DNA of 26,519 nt from Alphaproteobacteria bacterium. GTDB lineage: Bacteria > Pseudomonadota > Alphaproteobacteria > Rhizobiales > JAJRRF01. This document shows, in pieces, positions 18,211-26,519 of this stretch. Location of the stretch: positions 1-26,519 of the forward strand of contig JAJRRF010000087.1 in the NCBI GenBank assembly GCA_024279735.1. Reading direction: 5' to 3'. The position numbers were made by a program, and so were the translations under genes. The number at the start of each line of letters is the position of its first letter. Position 1 is the stretch's first letter. The notes under the pieces are model-generated. The model saw only the letters and a list, made by a program, of their open reading frames with translations. It had not been told where the DNA came from and ran no database searches.

Positions 18211-18434
18211 TAACGTAACGGGTCTTGGGTGATGTTGGGACGGAATTTGAAGCAACCAGCTGTTTTGACAGGTTATTTTATGAGCCTTTAGCCAGCAGGG
18301 CGGATACATGGATTCGCCCCTACATTGTGTGCCTGTATCCTTATTGGTCGCATACTTTAACCAGACAAGCCGCAGGCGACTTGTCTTCATGATGCTCTAA
18401 CGCCTACAGGCAATAAAACAAGAAAGCCCCTCAA

Positions 18435-19313
18435 ATGTCGATCACGCCTATAGCCCGCCGCCTTACCGCGCCTGATATTGCAAGCCGCAAGAACGGGCAG
18501 CCGATTGTCTCGCTGACAGCCTATCATGCCCATACGGCGGCGATGATTGACCCCTATGTGGACTTTATGCTGGTCGGGGATAGCCTGGGGATGGTGATGC
18601 ACGGCTTTGAAAGCACTGTGCCTGTGCCGCTGGAACTGATGATTATGCACGGCGCGGCGGTGGTGCGCGGCTCTTCCCACGCGTTGGTGGTGGTCGACAT
18701 GCCGTTTGGCTCCTATGAGGAAAGCCCGAACATTGCCTTTCGCAATGCGGCAAGGGTGATGAAGGAAACGGGATGCGGCGCGGTCAAGCTGGAGGGCGGG
18801 GCGCGGATGGCACAGACCATTGACTATCTCACCCAGCGCGGCATTCCGGTGATGGCGCATATCGGCCTGACCCCGCAATCTGTCCATGTCATGGGCGGTT
18901 TCAAGACCCAGGGACGCGAGCAAAGCCAGTGGGCGGCAATTGAGGACGATGCCAGGACGGTGGCAGAGGCTGGCGCGTTTGCTGTTGTGGTTGAGGGGGT
19001 GGCGGAAAAGCTGGCCGACCGACTTACCAAAATGATAGAGATTCCCACCATTGGCATTGGGGCCTCTGCCCAATGTGACGGCCAAATTTTGGTGCTGGAG
19101 GATATGCTTGGCCTCAGCCCGCGTGTGCCTAAATTTGTCAAGGAATTTGCCAGCCTGGGCGCGGCGATAGGGGGCGCGGTTAGTGCCTATTGTGATGAGG
19201 TGCGGGGACGGACATTTCCTGGGAAGGAGCATGTTTACGCAATGAAAAAACAGGCTGGTGCTGTCAGCGGGGATACGAAAGACAGCAAAAAGACTAACAA
19301 ACCGGACAGTTAG
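18435..19313 (+). CDS. panB: 3-methyl-2-oxobutanoate hydroxymethyltransferase
   Basis: PanB motifs (LTAYDA-like [23 protein letters not shown]). Confidence 0.93.
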   Translation: MSITPIARRLTAPDIASRKNGQPIVSLTAYHAHTAAMIDPYVDFMLVGDSLGMVMHGFESTVPVPLELMIMHGAAVVRGSSHALVVVDMPFGSYEESPNIAFRNAARVMKETGCGAVKLEGGARMAQTIDYLTQRGIPVMAHIGLTPQSVHVMGGFKTQGREQSQWAAIEDDARTVAEAGAFAVVVEGVAEKLADRLTKMIEIPTIGIGASAQCDGQILVLEDMLGLSPRVPKFVKEFASLGAAIGGAVSAYCDEVRGRTFPGKEHVYAMKKQAGAVSGDTKDSKKTNKPDS

Positions 19314-19344
19314 TTTTTTTCAGTTTGTGTTTTTGCCCCTACTC

Positions 19345-19373
19345 TTGCTATAACATGTAAAAATCCCTATATG
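19345..19373 (+). promoter_or_regulatory. candidate promoter TTGCTA-17-TATATG upstream of the YfgM-like gene
   Basis: Hexamer spacing read directly from the sequence. Confidence 0.35.
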
Positions 19374-19452
19374 GGCAGGAAGAAAACTGCCACCCCATGC
19401 CTGACGTGATGTCAAAAATGTGGGACTAAATACAGAAGAAAGCAATAAGATC

Positions 19453-20175
19453 ATGAGTGATGATGATGGCCTGTTCCGTGAGATTGCTGAGGATGTACGC
19501 CGTGACCAGATGCAGGAAATTTGGAGAAAATATGGTGTTCTTATCCTGGGGGTTGTTGCTGCTGTCATTATTGGGGCGAGTGCCTACCAGCTCAATGGTT
19601 ATTGGTCAAAACAGGCAGCTGAAAAGGCTGCTGATCATCTTTATAAGGCTGAATCCCTGGCTGACGAGAAGAAAAAAGAGGATGCACTGAAGCTTTACAG
19701 CAAACTTGCCAAGTCAGGTCCGGCTGGCTACGCTGCCATATCCAAGTTGCGGATTGCATCACTCCAGGCTGCCAAGGGCAATAAGGAAGATGCGATAAAC
19801 CAGTTTATCAGTGTGGCCAATAATGGCAGGATTGACCCTATTTTTTCTGACTTTGCGGTTATCCAGACAGCCATGCTGACGCTTGACAAGGAACTTCCTG
19901 CCGATGTTAAGAAAAAGCTTGTTGTCATGAGTGCTGGGGCAGGGAGCTGGCGGCACAATGCCAGGGAAATACTGGCTCTGTCAGACTATAAGGCCAAGAA
20001 ATATAAGGAAGCGAGCGCGACATATGCCATGATCCTGGCAGACATCAAGTCACCAGCAAGCCTGAAGAAACGCGCAGAAATGATGGTGCGTATGATCAGT
20101 AATACATTGGCAGAACAGGAAAGCGCGGCCTCTGCCAAGACTGTGCCAGCTAAGACACCAGAAAAAAAGAAGTAG
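19453..20175 (+). CDS. membrane-anchored TPR-like protein (YfgM/UPF0070-like architecture: cytoplasmic N-terminus, one TM, periplasmic helical domain, Lys-rich tail)
   Basis: TM segment GVLILGVVAAVIIGASAYQL after about 30 N-terminal residues. The start was moved to the ATG (MSDDDGLFREI). Confidence 0.65.
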   Translation: MSDDDGLFREIAEDVRRDQMQEIWRKYGVLILGVVAAVIIGASAYQLNGYWSKQAAEKAADHLYKAESLADEKKKEDALKLYSKLAKSGPAGYAAISKLRIASLQAAKGNKEDAINQFISVANNGRIDPIFSDFAVIQTAMLTLDKELPADVKKKLVVMSAGAGSWRHNAREILALSDYKAKKYKEASATYAMILADIKSPASLKKRAEMMVRMISNTLAEQESAASAKTVPAKTPEKKK

Positions 20176-20204
20176 GCTGCACATCCTAACACCCTACCAT
20201 TGTC

Positions 20205-20352
20205 ATACCGTAGAAATGCGGTATCCATGCCGTGAAATTTGCGTTGAAATCGCAAATGTTTGTTTTGGTATTGTGAGCCGCTGGATCGTAAAAAATGTTG
20301 GTCTTTTTCATGTTGACAGTGCAGGGCATGGATACCGCGTCGTAGCGCGGCA
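20205..20352. repeat. about 150-bp composite element: two inverted copies of the hairpin repeat (20205-20237 and 20318-20352) flanking about 80 bp that contains the palindrome ATTTGCGttgaaatCGCAAAT
   Basis: The reverse complement of the right copy aligns with the left copy: TGTCAT(a/g)CCG...GCGGTATCCATGCC. Confidence 0.6.
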
Positions 20353-20433
20353 TGACAGTGGGTGTGTACTTTACACTTAAAAGAGTGTCGAGGTCTGAAG
20401 GAATTGATAAAAGTGCTTGTTTTGCGGGTGTTC

Positions 20434-20859
20434 TTATCGCAGCCGTTTGGGCAGGAAGCCATCATTTCTGTCCCTGCGGTAACGGCCAGAACCGTTATCA
20501 TCCTTTTTATCGCTGTCAGGACTGTCAAACATGGCATTGAGTTGCCGTGTCCTGGCGAGGTAATGCCCTCTGACGCACCTGGTATTCCAGCGGCAGGCAT
20601 GGCGCGAAACAAGCCAGCCATCCTGTTCAGCGCGTAACATACGCTTGAGATAGGCGGGAGCCTGTTCCATCAGTTCCTCAAAGACTGCAACCATCCGTTC
20701 ATCAAGCTGGCTCAGCTCAGGGTCGCTACAGATCAGCTTTTCATCAGCCTTCTTGCCATAGCGGCAATTAAAGCTTTGGCTTGAGGCTGTTACGGAAAAC
20801 AGCACCAGCAATACAGGTATTATTAGGATGCGCAACATTAGACAACTCTCAACAGGCAT
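20434..20859 (-). CDS. DUF1311 (lysozyme-inhibitor LprI-like) family secreted protein. The likely true start is M8 (MLRILIIPVLLVLFSVTASS signal peptide, about 20838).
   Basis: C...PELSQLDERM...QDGWL..R...C pattern typical of DUF1311, plus an N-terminal signal peptide. Confidence 0.55.
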   Translation of the reverse strand: MPVESCLMLRILIIPVLLVLFSVTASSQSFNCRYGKKADEKLICSDPELSQLDERMVAVFEELMEQAPAYLKRMLRAEQDGWLVSRHACRWNTRCVRGHYLARTRQLNAMFDSPDSDKKDDNGSGRYRRDRNDGFLPKRLR

Positions 20860-21023
20860 GACACCAAGCCCCAGTCCGAACTGTCCATTGGCCTGGGCGT
20901 AATGGCAGGGTGGGCTTTGGGGGTGTGACGATCCATTTCATAATTTTAAAAAATTATGAGGACGAAAATGGTTTAGAACGGTTTGTTAAAGTATAATATC
21001 GGGACAAGGCTAGAGCCGTGATG

Positions 21024-21112
21024 TGTCATTAATATTATGATGATGCGTTTATATTTAGTATTATTTTTGTCATCAATACTTATCATTACCTTATTTTGAC
21101 TGTTTTAGTCAA
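21024..21112. promoter_or_regulatory. AT-rich intergenic region with a 21-bp imperfect direct repeat (TGTCATtAATAtTATgATgA at 21024-21043, TGTCATcAATActTATcATtA at 21068-21088) and the palindrome TTGACTgttttAGTCAA (21096-21112)
   Basis: Read directly from the sequence. Candidate regulator binding sites upstream of the LprI-like gene. Confidence 0.35.
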
Positions 21113-21150
21113 ATTTTTATCAAGATGGACTTGGTATGATTTGGCCGTTG

Positions 21151-21747
21151 TTAATGCCATTTGATGGTATTGCCAGCAATACGCATAATCTTGTCCTGTG
21201 GGACATCTATTGAGGGTATTTTTTTGGGTTCCAGGCCTTCAAGGAAGCCGCGCAGGCAGCGGTTTATGCCGCCATGTCCCGCCACGATAGTATCTTGGCG
21301 AATTTCGGAAAGCCAGTCCAAGGTTCTTGACGAGAGCTGGGCATAGTTTTCCCCTTCTGGGGCAAGGGTATTCCATGGGTCTGTAAAGCGGGCATGAACT
21401 TGGTCAGGAGCCTTTTCCCTGAGTTCGTCCCAGGTGTTGCCTTGCCATTCGCCATAATTAATTTCCATCAGGCGTTCATCAGTGCGGTAGCCCCTGGAGC
21501 GTATACCGAGTTCGTAACGGACTATTTCCATTGTCTCGCGGGCGCGGCAAAGCGGACTGGATACGAAATCATAACAGGAAGGGTCTTTGGGCAAGATATT
21601 CTTGAGTTCATTGCCGTTACGCCTGGCCTGCTTTCGCCCAATATCATTCAGGGGGACATTGGTTTGCCCCTGCTTACGCTTGATCACGTTCCAGTCAGTC
21701 TGGCCGTGGCGTATAAAATATATATCATGTGATTTTACATATTTCAT
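21151..21747 (-). CDS. histidine phosphatase family protein (phosphoglycerate mutase-like)
   Basis: RHGQTDWN catalytic motif at the N-terminus and AGHGG near the C-terminus. Confidence 0.85.
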   Translation of the reverse strand: MKYVKSHDIYFIRHGQTDWNVIKRKQGQTNVPLNDIGRKQARRNGNELKNILPKDPSCYDFVSSPLCRARETMEIVRYELGIRSRGYRTDERLMEINYGEWQGNTWDELREKAPDQVHARFTDPWNTLAPEGENYAQLSSRTLDWLSEIRQDTIVAGHGGINRCLRGFLEGLEPKKIPSIDVPQDKIMRIAGNTIKWH

Positions 21748-21886
21748 CAGGCCACACTCAATAGATTGTATTTAGACTATAATATTTTCCTATGCCTTGT
21801 ATAGCAGAATAAGGCGAACAAAATTCGGGGCATTTTGTCCTGCCTTGCTTCCCCAGTATAGACCCCGATGTATTAGCCTACCTGGG

Positions 21887-22699
21887 TTATACGACAGATA
21901 TGTCCGGGGCATCTTCAGCCTTCATGCCCACAACATGATAACCGCAATCGACATGAATATTTTCACCTGTTACACCGCGCCCCATATCAGAAAGCAGGAA
22001 GACTGCACTGTCGCCAACTTCATCAATTGTGACTGTGCGGCGCAGGGGCGAATTATATTCGTTCCATTTTAGGATATAGCGAAAATCCGAAATGCCGTTG
22101 GCGGCAAGAGTCTTGATAGGGCCGGCTGAAATGGTATTGACCCGAATATTCTGTTTTCCCAGGTCTTCTGCCATATAGCGGACGCTGGCTTCCAGTGCTG
22201 CCTTGGCGACACCCATCACATTATAGTGGGGCATGACCTTCTCTGCACCATAATAGGTCAACGATAGCATAGATCCGCCATCCGGCATCATTTTTTCTGC
22301 ACGTTGCGCAATCGCGGTAAAGGAATAGGCAGAAACCAGCATGGTCTGGGTGAAGTTTTCCTGGCTGGTGTCGACATAACGGCCATTCAACTCAGCCTTG
22401 TCAGAAAAGGCGATGGCATGGACAACAAAGTCCAGTTTGCCCCACTCCTTTTCAAGGGTGGCAAACAGGGCATCAACGCTGTCTGTATCAGTGACATCAC
22501 AGGGCAAGATCAAACGAGACCCTGTTGATTCGGCCAAAGGAACAACCCTTTTTTTCAGGGCATCGCCCTGATAGGTATAGGCGATTTCAGCCCCCTGTTT
22601 ATGAGCCGCATTTGCAATGCCCCATGCAATGGAGTTCTTGTTTGCAACGCCCATAATCAAGCCGCGCTTACCGGCCATAAGCCCAGCAGAATTTGTCAT
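21887..22699 (-). CDS. fabI: enoyl-[acyl-carrier-protein] reductase (NADH)
   Basis: GKRGLIMGVAN NAD-binding motif and a Y..M...K catalytic region (LTYYGAEKVMPHYNVMGVAKAALE). Confidence 0.93.
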   Translation of the reverse strand: MTNSAGLMAGKRGLIMGVANKNSIAWGIANAAHKQGAEIAYTYQGDALKKRVVPLAESTGSRLILPCDVTDTDSVDALFATLEKEWGKLDFVVHAIAFSDKAELNGRYVDTSQENFTQTMLVSAYSFTAIAQRAEKMMPDGGSMLSLTYYGAEKVMPHYNVMGVAKAALEASVRYMAEDLGKQNIRVNTISAGPIKTLAANGISDFRYILKWNEYNSPLRRTVTIDEVGDSAVFLLSDMGRGVTGENIHVDCGYHVVGMKAEDAPDISVV

Positions 22700-22883
22700 T
22701 TCTTGTCTCCGAAAATGTCACAACCCTTATTGTCCAAAAGATCATGTCATTTGGTTAGTCCTGGCAGGATAACCTTCATTTTAACGGGACTATACAATAA
22801 ACTGGCAAGGTAAGTAAATGACACTTTTTAGCCGTAATGTATTTTTTTGATATTTCGGGGCTGAAGTCCTGTTTCAGGCTGTA

Positions 22884-23396
22884 TCAACTTTTGAGCGTCC
22901 ATTGTCCGTTTTTATTGCGGCATGCCAGAGCCTGGCTGTTTTTATGGGCAGTGATATAGGATAGGGAAATATAGATATGGCGGCAAAGCTGCCCTGATGT
23001 GTTGAAATATGTTGATGTTGGCCTTATGCGTCCTGTCAGTCTTGATCTTTTATGATGCCAGCGATAGCTTGACCCGTCTGCAACCTGTCTGAGGGCATGG
23101 CGTATTGCGCTCAGGGTAATACTTTTTCGCGCTGAAAGTTTGTTGGCATGGAGCTTGTGTGTATTTTGCGTCCTGACGGTCTTTACTGTTTTGACGATGC
23201 CGCCACCAAGCACGGGAAAATGAGCCGCATTGGCCTTGGGGATGAGCAGGGAAGAGCTAAAGGCGATGATGAGGGTAAGGAAACTCAGCCTGGCTGATGC
23301 GCTGGCGAGTTTTAGCAGTAAATTGATATTGGGCACTTTACACCTGACTTGACTGGAGACTAAAAGGGAGGAACTACTATCCCTACTGTGCGACAT
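22884..23396 (-). CDS. hypothetical secreted protein. A GTG at about 23336 would give the signal peptide VPNINLLLKLASASARLSFLTLIIAFSSSLLIPKANA with an AGGTG SD; the ORF-track start is 23396.
   Basis: Signal-peptide-like hydrophobic stretch with an ANA-A cleavage site. The C-terminal domain has conserved W/C residues and no recognisable family. Confidence 0.45.
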   Translation of the reverse strand: MSHSRDSSSSLLVSSQVRCKVPNINLLLKLASASARLSFLTLIIAFSSSLLIPKANAAHFPVLGGGIVKTVKTVRTQNTHKLHANKLSARKSITLSAIRHALRQVADGSSYRWHHKRSRLTGRIRPTSTYFNTSGQLCRHIYISLSYITAHKNSQALACRNKNGQWTLKS

Positions 23397-23440
23397 TATG
23401 GTTAATTAAGGGATAATGAATTTAGGAAGAGGTAAGAAAA

Positions 23441-24088
23441 ATGGCTGACAGTCCTGATGCGCCAGGTGATTTTTATAACGGTACTGAAGCTGGTGACTTT
23501 ACGGGTGAGAGCGAGCCCATGGCTTTGTTCCATAACTGGATGAAGGATGCTGAAGGCTCAGAGATCAATGATCCGACTGCGATGTCAGTGGCAACCGTGG
23601 ATGCTGACGGGATGCCTGATATCCGCATGATCCTGCTGAAGGGCGCGGATGACAAGGGGTTTGTGTTCTACACGAATTATGACAGTGTCAAGGGGCGGCA
23701 ATTGTTGGGACAGCCCAAGGCCGCCCTTTGTTTTCACTGGAAAAGCCTGCGTCGCCAGGTGCGGGTTCGGGGAAATGTGGTGCAGGTCAGTGACCAGGAG
23801 GCGGACGATTATTATAACAGCCGCGCACGGGGTAGCCGTATTGGCGCGTGGGCCTCGCAGCAGTCGCGCCCGTTGGAAAGCCGTTTTGCACTTGAAAAGG
23901 CTGTCGCTAAATATGGCGCGAAATATGCGGTTGGTGCTGTGCCGCGCCCAAAATACTGGTCCGGATTCCGTATTGTCCCAAGCCAGATAGAGTTCTGGCA
24001 TGACCGCCCGTTCCGTCTTCATGACCGCGTGGTGTTTCGCCGTGGAAATGAGGGAGAGGCGTGGAGCAGCGAGCGGCTTTATCCGTAA
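23441..24088 (+). CDS. pdxH: pyridoxamine 5'-phosphate oxidase
   Basis: PdxH motifs (RMILLKG...[26 protein letters not shown], the C-terminal W...RL.P). Confidence 0.93.
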   Translation: MADSPDAPGDFYNGTEAGDFTGESEPMALFHNWMKDAEGSEINDPTAMSVATVDADGMPDIRMILLKGADDKGFVFYTNYDSVKGRQLLGQPKAALCFHWKSLRRQVRVRGNVVQVSDQEADDYYNSRARGSRIGAWASQQSRPLESRFALEKAVAKYGAKYAVGAVPRPKYWSGFRIVPSQIEFWHDRPFRLHDRVVFRRGNEGEAWSSERLYP

Positions 24089-24116
24089 GAGAGGCAAACT
24101 TGTGTTCATACATAAG

Positions 24117-24148
24117 AAAGCCCTTCTGCGAGCAGAAGGGCTTTCTTT
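24117..24148. terminator. bidirectional intrinsic terminator AAAGCCCTTCTGC-gag-CAGAAGGGCTTT between convergent pdxH and the cytochrome c gene
   Basis: A 12-bp perfect stem with T/A-rich flanks on both strands. Confidence 0.7.
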
Positions 24149-24172
24149 GGAACGTATTGTAATCTGGCAAAC

Positions 24173-24577
24173 CTATTTGGCATCTGAAAGTGTCTTGAGA
24201 TAGGCAAGCAGGCGGTTACGCTTCTTGTCTTTCTTTATTCCAGAAAAAGACATTTTTGTACCCTTGACCAGTTTGGCAGGTTTCTTCAAATATTCGCTGA
24301 GAGTGGCCTCATCCCATACCTTGTCGCCTTCACCAAATTTTTTCATGGCTGTGGAATATTTATAGCCTTCAGTTGTTGCAATCTTTTTACCCATAATACC
24401 GAACAGGTTAGGGCCAACCTTGGCCTTGCCGCCTTTATCCATTGTATGGCAGGCTGTGCATTTTTTCTTGAACATCTTGGCACCTTTTTTGATGTCTTTT
24501 GCTTCATCAGCAAAGGCACCGCCAGAAAAGGCAACCATTGAAACGGCAATAAGGCCAGCTTTTAGAATTTTGTTCAT
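24173..24577 (-). CDS. class I c-type cytochrome (c2/c550-like) with signal peptide. The start is set at MNKILKAGLIAV...; the ORF-track start is 24622.
   Basis: CTACH heme-binding motif, a distal Met ligand region (KMSFSG) and an N-terminal signal peptide. Confidence 0.88.
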   Translation of the reverse strand: MNKILKAGLIAVSMVAFSGGAFADEAKDIKKGAKMFKKKCTACHTMDKGGKAKVGPNLFGIMGKKIATTEGYKYSTAMKKFGEGDKVWDEATLSEYLKKPAKLVKGTKMSFSGIKKDKKRNRLLAYLKTLSDAK

Positions 24578-24678
24578 ATCTCTTTGTTCCTTCATTTCTC
24601 TATAGTGTGTCACCAGATGCAAAATCTAGTTCCTGCATCATAATAAACCTTCCCCAAACAAAAAGTACGTAGAAATAC

Positions 24679-24784
24679 CCTAGTGCATAGTGCGAGCAAA
24701 TCGTTACGATTTGCGGGTTAAGATATGCGCCATATAAGGGCTAGAGCAAGGTCGGATGACCGCAATTGCTTGCAATTTGCTCTA
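24679..24784. repeat. MITE-like dispersed repeat, copy C (about 106 bp)
   Basis: CTAGTGCATAGTGCGAGCAAATCGTTACGATTTGCGGG...TTTGCTCTAG. Nearly identical to copy B. Confidence 0.7.
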
Positions 24785-24980
24785 GACCTCCACGAACATT
24801 TGATTTTCCTGAATTATCGACAACAAATCAGATAGAATTAAGGCCATTCAGCGCGACGAATCGTAGCGTGGAAAACAGCAATAATACGCAAGTCTTTATC
24901 ATCTCATGTATTTTTCAGGTTTTACTTCTTGTCTGGACGCTAACTAGCCGATTATACTGGAAAGATAAAGGGAGAAGATT

Positions 24981-25913
24981 ATGCTTGGGAAAACCTTGGT
25001 TGTTCTTATGACAGGCCTGTTATGCGCGAAAGCTGCTGTTGCAGGGGAGATGGGGGCTGCTGACACAGTGACAGGGCGGCAGTTTGATGCACCCTCAAAC
25101 CGTTTGCCAACAGACAAGAAATTCTGGTGGTCTGATGACTGGTATGACAGGGGCATTTTACCTGTTCCTGTCAATGAGCAGGTGATTGAACGCAAGACCA
25201 GCTATACCAACACGGCAGACGGGACGGATGTGCCTGCGATCATCTACCGTCCGAAAAGGGCTGGCAAGTTTCCGGCCATCTTCTTTCAGCACGGGCGGCG
25301 CGGCCTGGACAAATATGTGCAGCGGCTGGCGCGGCGCATGGCAGCGCGGGGGTTTGTTGTGCTTGCGCCAGATGTTTATGAGGCACGTTTTATCAATGTC
25401 ATGCCTTTGGAACATAAGCGGGAGACAGAAGGGGATGTCAATGCTGGGATTGATGTCTTGCTTGCCCTGCCAGATGTCTCAACCTCAAAGGCTTGCATCT
25501 ATTCGCATACACGCGGCGGCTATTATTCCTTGCGGGTGGCTGTTCATTTCAAGCGGCAACAGGATGCACTGGCCTGTTATGTGTCGTTTTATCCGCATTG
25601 GCAAAACCCCAATGCCACCGAACCAGAGCAGGTTTATCGTTATGCTCCCGAGCTGGACAGGTTGACATTGCCGACCCGTATTTTTATCGGGGAATATGAG
25701 CAATACCAACGCCGACGTTCTATAGAGACAGCCGTAAAGCAGATGAAAATCATGGGACGAGATGTCAGGCTGATTATTTACCCAGGTGTGGGACGGGGTT
25801 TTGATTTTCGCCCACCGCATGTCCGTACATTCGCTGATGACCTGGCCACAAAGGACAGTAACCTGCGGGCAGCAGCTTTTTTCAGGAAACAGCTGGCGAA
25901 ATGGAAAAAGTGA
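24981..25913 (+). CDS. dienelactone hydrolase family alpha/beta hydrolase, secreted
   Basis: Signal peptide. DLH-like fold motifs (AIFFQHGRRG, VVLAPDVY). SD AGGGAGAAG. Confidence 0.8.
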   Translation: MLGKTLVVLMTGLLCAKAAVAGEMGAADTVTGRQFDAPSNRLPTDKKFWWSDDWYDRGILPVPVNEQVIERKTSYTNTADGTDVPAIIYRPKRAGKFPAIFFQHGRRGLDKYVQRLARRMAARGFVVLAPDVYEARFINVMPLEHKRETEGDVNAGIDVLLALPDVSTSKACIYSHTRGGYYSLRVAVHFKRQQDALACYVSFYPHWQNPNATEPEQVYRYAPELDRLTLPTRIFIGEYEQYQRRRSIETAVKQMKIMGRDVRLIIYPGVGRGFDFRPPHVRTFADDLATKDSNLRAAAFFRKQLAKWKK

Positions 25914-25919
25914 GGTCTT

Positions 25920-26423
25920 TCATACCCAGCGAAAAGCCTTTTTCAGCCGTTGAACAGTATTCTCTGTAATGATTTTGCCATGTGCCATGATGATGGTCTG
26001 GGGATGCCAGCCCATAATGGTATCCAGAGCCTTTTGCATTTGCTGGTGATGCCCCCAATAGGTCAGACGCAGGTCTTTAGGGGTTGAGCCATTTGGGGAG
26101 AGTACCTCGCCTATCTTGGCAAGGGGGCGAATCCAGTAAGGCAGCTTGCTGCTTTCAAAATTCTCAATCATATCTGCCAGAATGAGTGTCTTGCTGGTTT
26201 TGTGAAAAAAGATAACCTCTTCCATAAAACGCCCACCGCGTGCAATAACCTGGTCAATATCGGTCGCCCAGGCGGGGGCAGGGCTATCTGTCAGGTCATG
26301 GTCAAAACCAAAGCCCTGCTTTTGTGCCGATGGGCGTACCTTTGGCGAGGCCCATTTGGTCGCATTCGGGTAGGTCTTGCGTAACTCCCCAGCTTCTTTT
26401 TTCACGTAAATACGCGGTTTCAA
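25920..26423 (-). CDS. DUF4336-like protein that apparently lacks the N-terminal about 80 aa of the family. It is either a truncated gene or a short variant.
   Basis: The C-terminal two-thirds matches DUF4336 (DIDQVIARGG..EVIFFHKTSKTLILADM...IIMAHGKIITENTVQRLKKAFRWV). The frame is closed by a stop immediately upstream of the TTG start. The upstream DNA is AT-rich and looks non-coding. Confidence 0.5.
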   Translation of the reverse strand: MKPRIYVKKEAGELRKTYPNATKWASPKVRPSAQKQGFGFDHDLTDSPAPAWATDIDQVIARGGRFMEEVIFFHKTSKTLILADMIENFESSKLPYWIRPLAKIGEVLSPNGSTPKDLRLTYWGHHQQMQKALDTIMGWHPQTIIMAHGKIITENTVQRLKKAFRWV

Positions 26424-26519
26424 GCGGAATACAGTCTAAAAATCCTGTTTTTTAATGGAAAAATGATCATATTTTAGTGGTTTTAAAAATAACGATTTAT
26501 TTTTATCGTTATTTATCAA

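Noticed and set aside
18387-19232. 281-aa minus-strand ORF antisense to panB
   Set aside because: His/Arg-rich low-complexity translation. It overlaps the strongly supported panB completely.
19986-20621. 211-aa minus-strand ORF spanning the yfgM-like 3' end, the composite repeat element and the LprI-like gene
   Set aside because: It runs through palindromic repeat DNA and two better-supported genes. It has no domain signal.
1-26519. Searched for tRNA, rRNA and CRISPR arrays, and for leuD next to leuC
   Set aside because: No cloverleaf-compatible segments, no regularly spaced direct repeats and no rRNA-like conserved blocks were seen. Separation of leuC from leuD is normal in alphaproteobacteria and is not an anomaly.

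Overview
The window is a 26.5-kb chromosomal segment of about 50% GC with alphaproteobacterial gene order. It carries an F0 ATP synthase operon in the order atpI-atpB(a)-atpE(c)-atpF2(b')-atpF(b), with no F1 genes, and rplS is directly followed by leuC. Most of the window is housekeeping: panB, fabI, pdxH, a class I cytochrome c, a histidine phosphatase, an HSL-type esterase, a dienelactone hydrolase, a HlyD-type fusion protein plus AcrB-type RND pump, and a YadG/YadH-like ABC-2 exporter. Several stretches do not fit that picture. (1) A strongly AT-rich gene at 17280-18110 encodes a TIR-like domain (COG4271/PF10137-type motif RDNVLFEMGIFIGTLGRERVFLL...PTDLAGLIY) fused to a wHTH-like C-terminal domain. 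It sits between leuC and panB and is flanked by hairpin-dense noncoding DNA, which fits a horizontally acquired single-gene sensor or defense module. (2) An undescribed-looking MITE-like element of about 105 bp is present in three copies. It has terminal inverted repeats CTAG(A/T)GCA...TGCTCTAG and a conserved internal palindrome GCAAATCG-N3-CGATTTGC. One copy lies inside the atp operon and supplies the stop codon of atpF2. (3) A second small hairpin-repeat family (TGTCATnCCG-nAGAAAT-GCGGnATGA) acts as terminator-like units and forms a roughly 150-bp composite inverted-repeat element. (4) A 526-aa cytoplasmic SPFH/band-7 protein has its N-terminal region triplicated internally with a 140-aa period. 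(5) The yadG-yadH ABC exporter operon is interrupted by a translationally coupled 95-aa gene and a 93-bp compound hairpin, and is followed by two compositionally atypical genes, one of 194 aa and one of 141 aa with 14 cysteines. No tRNA, rRNA or CRISPR array was found.
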